Assembly (NCBI GenBank): GCA_032718475.1
Contig: JAUCBJ010005785.1
Location: 12,912-76,911, forward strand
Source: Nemertoderma westbladi
Lineage: Eukaryota > Animalia > Xenacoelomorpha
Reading direction: 5' to 3'
Length of the DNA: 64,000 nucleotides
The notes below the pieces were generated by a model. The model saw only the letters and a list, made by a program, of their open reading frames with translations, ran no database searches and was not told the DNA's origin. Of the stretch, positions 1 to 10,753 are shown in pieces (position 1 is the stretch's first letter; each line of letters starts with the position of its first letter). A program made the position numbers and the translations under genes.

Positions 1-6
1 TCGCGT

Positions 7-219
7 TTACACAGCTCGCACCATCCGCTCAGTGTCCCCATTGGGTACACCGGCTCCGGTCACTATCATGTTGTGTTGGACATTTGTTGTAGACCGTCGA
101 CAACAGCAGCACCAACAACAAAGGCAACATAACAGGATGAGAACAATAGATCCACAAGCAATCCCAATTATCGCACTTACCGCAAGGCCTCCAGCTGCAA
201 CTGAACCCGACCCATCCAT
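7..219 (-). CDS. Small (70 aa) single-pass membrane protein with a juxtamembrane Cys string (CYSTM/Shisa-like type), probably palmitoylated
   Basis: Hydrophobic helix GGLAVSAIIGIACGSIVLILL followed by CCLCCWCCCCRR. The ATG has an in-frame TAA just upstream. A plausible 5'-UTR intron has donor AAG|GTCAGA at 382 and acceptor TTAACAG at 229. Confidence 0.6.
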   Translation of the reverse strand: MDGSGSVAAGGLAVSAIIGIACGSIVLILLCCLCCWCCCCRRSTTNVQHNMIVTGAGVPNGDTERMVRAV

Positions 220-410
220 TATTTATTTCTGTTAATGAATACCTCGAGCTAAACACTTAATACTATTAATATTAAGAATCAGTAGGTAGTTTTATTCAGT
301 TAACAATTCCTGTTATTATATATCACTAAACTGACATGGAAATTGAAAACTGAAATATAATTATTGAATTGATTGGTCTGACCTTGTGTGTTGTCCCTTG
401 GATATCCGTC

Positions 411-441
411 AATGTGACCAGATTCGAGCTACATATAAATA
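411..441 (-). promoter_or_regulatory. Candidate TATA + Inr core promoter of the small membrane-protein gene
   Basis: On the minus strand TATTTATA (441-434) lies about 26-28 nt upstream of GTCACATT (418-411), followed about 30 nt later by a splice donor. Confidence 0.4.
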
Positions 442-1559
442 CCGGTCCATTAGGTTTTTGCACTAAATGATTGAATGAGGATTCGGCACTTCAGTAATAG
501 ACATAACAGTACCGGTGGTATAATAATGGTCAGCATACAAGTGAGTGGCATCACTAGGTCAGTCCGATACCCTTAATATACTTTGAGCCTTAATTTATAA
601 TGTTATGAGTGGAGATTATGGTAGAAATCGAAAAGTACTACACTGTTCCTACTACATGTGCTTACTACAGACTACGGCGTAGACAATACACAGGGCGGGA
701 ATGCTAGACCATCTATCGCGTTAATGCGTCAAGTGTAATATTTTAATTATTATTATATGTAATAATGTTAACTTAAATGTATATTAATATTTTAATAACG
801 AACAGAACTTAATGCTTATTCAATTGCCGCGCTCTCCCTACAAACTAACTTATACCAAATAATACCAACCCTTTACATTATTCTAAATTACCGTTGGGGG
901 GGGGGGGGGGGGGGGGGGAGTCTGAAAGAATAAGTAAATACTGTAGGCCTAAGGTGATAATTAAATAACGGGTATACCACCCCATGTTACTTACATGAGA
1001 CAAGAACGTATCTCTTTATACTATAGCAGATACAAAGAGCATGGAAATTAATATGATGAAAGCCCCACCCAACCAAACATTTGAATAGCAAGATGTTTAT
1101 TACAACTCTGTTAATTTCCTAACAAGCACTCAGACTGAACTGGCATTGACCTAAGGATGCAATAATAAGGTAATAAGGTGAGAAGTTATTCATCTGACTG
1201 TCTTGGACTCGAAGTAGCCTTCTATAATTATATTACTTTATTATATTACTGTATTTGTCAATTTTAAACCTGTGACGGCTTTACTGTAACCGCCATATTT
1301 TCATTTCTGGGGTTAACATTTGTACTTCACTCAGAAATGGCATTCTGTGGGTTGCATTTTCACTTCATCATTACATAGCAACACTCTTATTTTTTTATTT
1401 ATTTTACAAACTCCACTGTTTAAATTCGTGAACGTATTAAAGTTAGTTTTGGGCAAATGAAGAATACAAGGCTTTCTCTTTTCGGTCGGAATTAGATTGA
1501 AAATTTATATATGAAGAATTTTTATTATTTAAATTTATCCTTATAAGTGATTTATAACG

Positions 1560-1940
1560 CTTATTTATATCTTATAAACGTTTACAGCCCTTCTGTAACC
1601 TGCGTTTTTAGTGAAAACCAGGTATCCTTCACATGGTAATATATCATCAGAAAGTGTGGATTACTGTGCCGTTAGTTATTTAGTATCGCCCATGTTAAGA
1701 ATACCAGGATTTCACTTTTCGGTCGACTTTTTATTGGAATTTTATAAGAAGATTTTTTTTTTTTTTTAATTAATTGTTTTATGGCGCTTATTTCTGTCTT
1801 ATAACCTGTACATCTAATAATTCGTTTATTGTTTTGATTAAATTCAGCCCTTCTGTAACCTGTGGTTTTTGGTGAAAACCAAAACAGTAACTGCAAAGTG
1901 AAATATAACGGCAGAAAGTCTGGTATTCTTCACATGGGCC
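1560..1940. mobile_element. Dispersed non-autonomous repeat (MITE-like family A)
   Basis: Motifs CTGTAACCTG, GTTTATTGTTTTGGTTAG and GGTATTCTTCACATGG recur at ~15200-15560, 21360-22250, 23950-24055, 24960-25080, 30170-30250 and 59820-59910. Confidence 0.6.
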
Positions 1941-2019
1941 TTTAGTATTGTAAATGGTGTAGCAAATATTTATTCTAGATTTTATTTTGAAAATTAAAAC
2001 TAACGCTATTTGTATTATC

Positions 2020-3015
2020 AGAAGGATACGCAAGGAGAAGGCATGGGCAGCGTTAAATAGTCTGTTTGGAAGTGCCATAGAATAAAACGGAACCTTAAGG
2101 TTCGATTATTTACGGCAGTAGTAGTACCAGTACTCTTATGTGAGTCCATGCTGGGCTCTAACTGCAGAGGATACCAAATCTCTGGATGATAATTGATGTT
2201 AACGACATACTGACTAACAGGGGGTTGGTATGTATATATTAAATTAAATTAAAGGAAGAACAGGAGTCTTACACCCCCAATAAAAAATATAGAATCAGGA
2301 CATTTAGCCCAAAATATTTCTCGACCCCTAGGGTCATCGAAAGAACAACAAACACACAAACACAAACACAAACAAATATAAATACATGCTAAACATACAG
2401 GTATTGTCATATATTTTCTTATAGAATATAGGCTTAGCTATTGTGCAGTTTATTAACGGTATCATTTAGTGTATGGCGGGTAGGCTTAGGGTTAGGGTTG
2501 CGACACATACCTGTATGTTTAGCATGTATTTATATTTGTTTGTGTTTGTGTGTTTGTTGTTCTTTCGATGACCCTAGGGGTCGAGAAATATTTTGGGCTA
2601 AATGTCCTGATTCTATATTTTTTATTGGGGGTGTAAGACTCCTGTTCTTCCTTTAATTTAATTTAAAAATCTCTGGATGGCACTTTCACAAGAATGGTGC
2701 GCCGGGTTCATTGTGTCAAGTACAATGAAAACATCTCCAATCAGACTCTATAGAACCTTGGATGTATTTTATTAGTCTCCCCTAGCTTGATACTTGAATG
2801 GAACCGCCTCCGCTTTGTAGGACATTCCTTTCGCCGTGAGGACCAGCCAGTGCATAATCTTGTGCTATGGCGGTCCCATGGAGTGAATAAGCATGGTGGA
2901 CAGTTCATGACTTTCTTGAGACGCATCTTAAAGGACAATAACCTTAAAGATGCGAATGATCTATCAAATATCATGGGTGATAGGGAGTTGTGGAGACGCA
3001 ATTTTGTCGACAAGC
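2020..3015 (+). mobile_element. RTE-clade LINE 3' fragment, interrupted by an insertion at 2189-2666
   Basis: Decayed RT C-terminal sequence (RKEKAWAALN..., NRLRFVGHSFRREDQPVHNLVLW) similar to the copies at 17400-18393, 19975-20590 and 21490-22078. Confidence 0.85.
2239..2666. mobile_element. Foldback MITE with ~160-bp near-perfect inverted repeats and TTAA ends (Kolobok-like termini)
   Basis: 2239-2404 is the reverse complement of 2507-2666 apart from one CAAACA unit. The ends are TTAA-AGGAAGAACAGG...CCTGTTCTTCCT-TTAA. The spacer contains TTAGGGTTAGGG. Confidence 0.8.
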
Positions 3016-3270
3016 TCTTCAATTATCCTTCTAAGTGCCAAAATGGGCTCCATGGTCCCACGACCTTTACGGAACCCATTCTTATTTCCACGGAGCAGTC
3101 TCTCAATGGGATCCCTGATGCGATTTAATAGAATTCTATTGTATAGCTTTGAAGCAATCGAGATCAATGAGATTCCCCGAAAAGAACCATAGAGTGTTAG
3201 GTTGCCCTTCTTGGGAACTGGCACCAACTTATTTGTTTTCATTTCTTGTGGGACTCTTGTTGTTCGGTAC
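3010..3270 (-). mobile_element. RTE LINE fragment (RT domains 0-2)
   Basis: VPVPKKGNLT..FRGISLISIASKLYNRILLNRI..NGFRKGRGTMEPILALRRIIE. Confidence 0.85.
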
Positions 3271-3299
3271 ATGTCTACTATGATGGGATAGATGAGCTT

Positions 3300-6200
3300 C
3301 AGTACACTATGGACAGCACACTACTGTACAGTTCTACATTACACACAAGTACTTTAAACAATAAGGGTCAGCACACCAAGGACAGCACCCTACTGTACGG
3401 TTCTACATTACACACAAGTACGTTAAACAATTAGGGCCAGCACACCAAGGACAGCACCCTACTGTACGGTTCTACATTACACACAAGTACGTTAAACAAT
3501 TCGGGACAGCACACCATGGACAGCATCCTACTGTACAGTTCTACATTACACACAAGTACGTTAAACAATTAGGGCCAGCACACCAAGGACAGCACCCTAC
3601 TGTACAGTTCTACATTACATATAAGTACGTTAAACAATTCGGGACAGCACACCAAGGACAGCACCCTACTGTACAGTTCTACATTACACACAAGTACGTT
3701 AAACAATTAGGGCCAGCACACCAAGGACAGCACCCTACTGTACAGTTCTACATTACACACATGTACTTTAAACAATTAGGGTCAGCACACCAAGGACAGC
3801 ACCCTACTGTACGGTTCTACATTACACACAAGTACGTTAAACAATTAGGGTCAGCACACCAAGGACAGCGCCCTACTGTACAGTTCTACATTACACACAA
3901 GTACGTTAAACAATTCAGGTCAGCACACCAAGGACAGCACCCTACTGTACGGTTCTACATTACACACGAGTACGTTAAACAATTCGGGTCAGTACACTAT
4001 GGACAGCACCCTACTGTACAATTCTACATTACACACAAGCACGTTAAACATTTAGGGTCAGCACACCAAGGACAGCACCCTACTCTACAGTTCTATATTA
4101 CACACAAGTACGTTAAACAATTCGGGACAGCACACCAAGGACAGCACCCTACTGTACAGTTCTACATTACACACAAGTACGTTAAACAATTCGGGACAGC
4201 ACACCAAGGACAGCACCCTACTGTACAGTTCTACATTACACACGAGTACGTTAAACAATTCGGGTCAGTACACTATGGACAGCACCCTACTGTACAATTC
4301 TACATTACACACAAGCACGTTAAACATTTAGGGTCAGCACACCAAGGACAGCACCCTACTCTACAGTTCTACATTACACACAAGTACGTTAAACAATTCG
4401 GGACAGCACACCAAGGACAGCACCCTACTGTACAGTTCTACATTACACACAAGTACGTTAAACAATTCGGGACAGCACACCAAGGACAGCACCCTACTGT
4501 ACAGTTCTACATTACACACAAGTACGTTAAACAATTCGGGACAGCACACCATGGACAGCACCCTACTCTACAGTTCTACATTACACACAAGTATGTTAAA
4601 CAATTCGGGACAGCACACCAAGGACAGCACCCTACTGTACAGTTCTACATTACATATAAGTACGTTAAACAATTCGGGACAGCACACCAAGGACAGCACC
4701 CTACTGTACAGTTCTACATTACACACAAGTACGTTAAACAATTCGGGACAGCACACCATGGACAGCACCCTACTCTACAGTTCTACATTACACACAAGTA
4801 TGTTAAACAATTCGGGACAGCACACCAAGGACAGCACCCTACTGTACAGTTCTACATTACATATAAGTACGTTAAACAATTCGGGACAGCACACCAAGGA
4901 CAGCACCCTACTGTACAGTTCTACATTACACACAAGTATGTTAAACAATTCGGGACAGCACACCAAGGACAGCACCCTACTGTACGGTTCTACATTACAC
5001 ACAAGTACGTTAAACAATTAGGGTCAGCACACCAAGGACAGCACCCTACTGTACGGTTCTACATTACACACAAGTATGTTAAACAATTCGGGACAGCACA
5101 CCAAGGACAGCACACTACTGTACAGTTCTACATTACACACAAGTACGTTAAACAATTCGGGACAGCACACCAAGGACAGCACCCTACTGTACAGTTCTAC
5201 ATTACACACAAGTATGTTAAACAATTCGGGACAGCACACCAAGGACAGCACACTACTGTACAGTTCTACATTACACACAAGTACGTTAAACAATTCGGGA
5301 CAGCACACCAAGGACAGCACCCTACTGTACGGTTCTACATTACACACAAGTACGTTAAACAATTCGGGTCAGCACACCAAGGACAGCACCCTACTCTACA
5401 GTTCTACATTACACACAAGTACGTTAAACAATTCAGGTCAGCACACCAAGGACAGCACCCTACTGTACGGTTCTACATTACACACGAGTACGTTAAACAA
5501 TTCGGGACAGCACACCAAGGACAGCACCCTACTGTACAGTTCTACATTACACACAAGTACGTTAAACAATTCGGGACAGCACACTAAGGACAGCACCCTA
5601 CTCTACAGTTCTACATTACACACAAGTATGTTAAACAATTCGGGACAGCACACTAAGGACAGCACCCTACTCTACAGTTCTACATTACACACAAGTATGT
5701 TAAACAATTCGGGACAGCACACCAAGGACAGCACCCTACTGTACAGTTCTACATTACACACAAGTACGTTAAACAATTCGGGACAGCACACCAAGGACAG
5801 CACCCTACTGTACAGTTCTACATTACACACAAGTACGTTAAACAATTCGGGACAGCACACCAAGGACAGCACCCTACTGTACAGTTCTACATTACACACA
5901 AGTACGTTAAACAATTCGGGACAGCACACCAAGGACAGCACCCTACTCTACAGTTCTACATTACACACAAGTATGTTAAACAATTCGGGACAGCACACCA
6001 AGGACAGCACACTACTGTACAGTTCTACATTACACACAAGTACGTTAAACAAGTCGGGTCAGCACACCAAGGACAGCACCCTACTGTACAGTTCTACATT
6101 ACTCACAAGTACGTTAAACAATTAGGGCCAGCACACCAAGGACAGCACCCTACTGTACAGTTCTACATTACACACAAGTATGTTAAACAATTCGGGACAG

Positions 6201-9200
6201 CACACCAAGGACAGCACCCTACTGTACAGTTCTACATTACACACAAGTACGTTAAACAATTCGGGTCAGCACACCAAGGACAGCACCCTACTGTACAGTT
6301 CTACATTACACACAAGTACGTTAAACAATTCGGGTCAGCACACCAAGGACAGCACCCTACTGTACAGTTCTACATTACACACAAGTACGTTAAACAATTC
6401 GGGACAGCACACCAAGGACAGCACCCTACTGTACAGTTCTACATTACACACAAGTATGTTAAACAATTCGGGACAGCACACCAAGGACAGCACCCTACTG
6501 TACAGTTCTACATTACACACAAGTACGTTAAACAATTCGGGACAGCACACCAAGGACAGCACCCTACTGTACAGTTCTACATTACACACAAGTACGTTAA
6601 ACAATTCGGGACAGCACACCAAGGACAGCACCCTACTGTACAGTTCTACATTACACACAAGTATGTTAAACAATTCGGGACAGCACACCAAGGACAGCAC
6701 CCTACTGTACAGTTCTACATTACACACAAGTATGTTAAACAATTCGGGACAGCACACCAAGGACAGCACCCTACTGTACAGTTCTACATTACACACAAGT
6801 ACGTTAAACAATTATGGTCAGCACACCATGGACAGCACCCTACTGTACAGTTCTACATTACACACAAGTATGTTAAACAATTCGGGACAGCACACCAAGG
6901 ACAGCACCCTACTGTACAGTTCTACATTACACACAAGTACGTTAAACAATTCGGGACAGCACACCAAGGACAGCACCCTACTGTACAGTTCTACATTACA
7001 CACAAGTACGTTAAACAATTCGGGACAGCACACCAAGGACAGCACCCTACTGTACAGTTCTACATTACACACAAGTACGTTAAACAATTCGGGACAGCAC
7101 ACCAAGGACAGCACCCTACTGTACAGTTCTACATTACACACAAGTATGTTAAACAATTCGGGACAGCACACCAAGGACAGCACCCTACTGTACAGTTCTA
7201 CATTACACACAAGTATGTTAAACAATTCGGGACAGCACACCAAGGACAGCACCCTACTGTACAGTTCTACATTACACACAAGTACGTTAAACAATTATGG
7301 TCAGCACACCATGGACAGCACCCTACTGTACAGTTCTACATTACACACAAGTACGTTAAACAATTATGGTCAGCACACCATGGACAGCACACTACTGTAC
7401 AGTTCTACATTACACACAAGTACGTTAAACAATTATGGTCAGCCCACCATGGACAGCACCCTACTGTACAGTTCTACATTACACACAAGTACGTTAAACA
7501 ATTCGGGAAAGCACACCAAGGACAGCACCCTACTGTACAGTTCTACATTACACACAAGTATGTTAAACAATTCGGGACAGCACACCAAGGACAGCACCCT
7601 ACTGTACAGTTCTACATTACACACAAGTACGTTAAACAATTATGGTCAGCCCACCATGGACAGCACCCTACTGTACAGTTCTACATTACACACAAGTACG
7701 TTAAACAATTCGGGAAAGCACACCAAGGACAGCACCCTACTGTACAGTTCTACATTACACACAAGTACGTTAAACAATTCGGGACAGCACACCAAGGACA
7801 GCACCCTACTGTACAGTTCTACATTACACACAAGTACGTTAAACAATTCGGGACAGCACACCAAGGACAGCACCCTACTGTACAGTTCTACATTACACAC
7901 AAGTACGTTAAACAATTATGGTCAGCCCACCATGGACAGCACCCTACTGTACAGTTCTACATTACACACAAGTACGTTAAACAATTCGGGAAAGCACACC
8001 AAGGACAGCACCCTACTGTACAGTTCTACATTACACACAAGTATGTTAAACAATTCGGGACAGCACACCAAGGACAGCACCCTACTGTACAGTTCTACAT
8101 TACACACAAGTACGTTAAACAATTATGGTCAGCCCACCATGGACAGCACCCTACTGTACAGTTCTACATTACACACAAGTACGTTAAACAATTCGGGAAA
8201 GCACACCAAGGACAGCACCCTACTGTACAGTTCTACATTACACACAAGTACGTTAAACAATTATGGTCAGCCCACCATGGACAGCACCCTACTGTACAGT
8301 TCTACATTACACACAAGTACGTTAAACAATTATGGTCAGCCCACCATGGACAGCACCCTACTGTACAGTTCTACATTACACACAAGTACGTTAAACAATT
8401 CGGGAAAGCACACCAAGGACAGCACCCTACTGTACAGTTCTACATTACACACAAGTATGTTAAACAATTCGGGACAGCACACCAAGGACAGCACCCTACT
8501 GTACAGTTCTACATTACACACAAGTACGTTAAACAATTATGGTCAGCCCACCATGGACAGCACCCTACTGTACAGTTCTACATTACACACAAGTACGTTA
8601 AACAATTCGGGAAAGCACACCAAGGACAGCACCCTACTGTACAGTTCTACATTACACACAAGTATGTTAAACAATTCGGGACAGCACACCAAGGACAGCA
8701 CCCTACTGTACAGTTCTACATTACACACAAGTACGTTAAACAATTCGGGACAGCACACCAAGGACAGCACCCTACTGTACAGTTCTACATTACACACAAG
8801 TACGTTAAACAATTATGGTCAGCACACCATGGACAGCACACTACTGTACAGTTCTACATTACACACAAGTACGTTAAACAATTATGGTCAGCCCACCATG
8901 GACAGCACCCTACTGTACAGTTCTACATTACACACAAGTACGTTAAACAATTCGGGACAGCACACCAAGGACAGCACCCTACTGTACAGTTCTACATTAC
9001 ACACAAGTACGTTAAACAATTATGGTCAGCCCACCATGGACAGCACCCTACTGTACAGTTCTACATTACACACAAGTACGTTAAACAATTCGGGAAAGCA
9101 CACCAAGGACAGCACCCTACTGTACAGTTCTACATTACACACAAGTATGTTAAACAATTCGGGACAGCACACCAAGGACAGCACCCTACTGTACAGTTCT

Positions 9201-10512
9201 ACATTACACACAAGTACGTTAAACAATTCGGGACAGCACACCAAGGACAGCACCCTACTGTACAGTTCTACATTACACACAAGTACGTTAAACAATTATG
9301 GTCAGCACACCATGGACAGCACCCTACTGTACAGTTCTACATTACACACAAGTATGTTAAACAATTCGGGACAGCACACCAAGGACAGCACCCTACTGTA
9401 CAGTTCTACATTACACACAAGTACGTTAAACAATTAGGGTCAGCACACCAAGGACAGCACCCTACTGTACGGTTCTAAATTACACACAAGCACGTTAAAC
9501 AATTCGGGACAGCACACCAAGGACAGCACCCTACTGTACAGTTCTACATTACACACAAGTACTTTAAACAATTCGGGACAGCACACCAAGGACAGCACCC
9601 TACTGTACAGTTCTACATTACACACAAGTACGTTAAACAATTATGGTCAGCACACCATGGACAGCACCCTACTGTACAGTTCTACATTACACACAAGTAT
9701 TTTAAATAATTCGGGACAGCACACCAAGGACAGCACCCTACTGTACAGTTCTACATTACACACAAGTACGTTAAACAATTCGGGACAGCACACCAAGGAC
9801 AGCACCCTACTGTACAGTTCTACATTACACACAAGTACGTTAAACAATTATGGTCAGCCCACCATGGACAGCACCCTACTGTACAGTTCTACATTACACA
9901 CAAGTATGTTAAACAATTCGGGACAGCACACCAAGGACAGCACCCTACTGTACAGTTCTACATTACACACAAGTACGTTAAACAATTAGGGTCAGCACAC
10001 CAAGGACAGCACCCTACTGTACGGTTCTACATTACACACAAGTACGTTAAACAATTCGGGTCAGCACACCAAGGACAGCACACTACTGTACAGTTCTACA
10101 TTACACACAAGTACGTTAAACAATTACGGTCAGCACACCAAGGACAGCACCCTACTGTACGGTTCTACATTACACACAAGCACGTTAAACAATTAGGATC
10201 AGCACACCAAGGACAGCACCCTAATGTACAGTTCTACATTACACACATGTACTTTAAACAATTCGGCTCAGCACACTATGGACAGCACCCTGCTGTACAA
10301 TTCTACATTACACACAAGCACGTTAAACAATTAGGATCAGCACACCAAGGACAGCACCCTACTGTACAGTTCTACATTACACACATGTACTTTAAACAAT
10401 TCGGCTCAGCACACCATGGACAGCACCCTACTGTACAGTTCTACATTACACACAAGTACGTTAAACAACAATTCGGGTCAGCACACCAAGGACAGCACCC
10501 TACTATACAGTT
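3300..10512. repeat. 69-bp minisatellite, about 104 copies
   Basis: Unit CAGCACACCAAGGACAGCACCCTACTGTACAGTTCTACATTACACACAAGTACGTTAAACAATTCGGGA; it accounts for all the 23-aa-periodic ORFs here. Confidence 0.98.
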
Positions 10513-10753
10513 ATACGTTATTTTTTTTATAACTTTCTATTATTATGTGGTTACTATGTATTTATTTATATTGCTACCCATTGAAAGTTCAGTATTTCAG
10601 CCAGCGGTAATGATGGAAGTTAAAATGGTAATTTAAGTAAATTCGAAGATTGTGTAATGATAATAGTAATTTATACTTTGATTTTACCACTGGTATGATC
10701 TATAGTGTAGGCCATCAGGATATAAAGAATTCTAAAACTATCCCCACTATGTG

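Noticed and set aside
2484-2498. Interstitial telomere
   Set aside because: Only two TTAGGG units, inside a MITE spacer.
3761-10636. Long repetitive ORFs (608, 349 and 1085 aa) as protein-coding genes
   Set aside because: By-product of a 69-bp unit that is open in several frames; stops occur sporadically and there is no unique N- or C-terminal domain.
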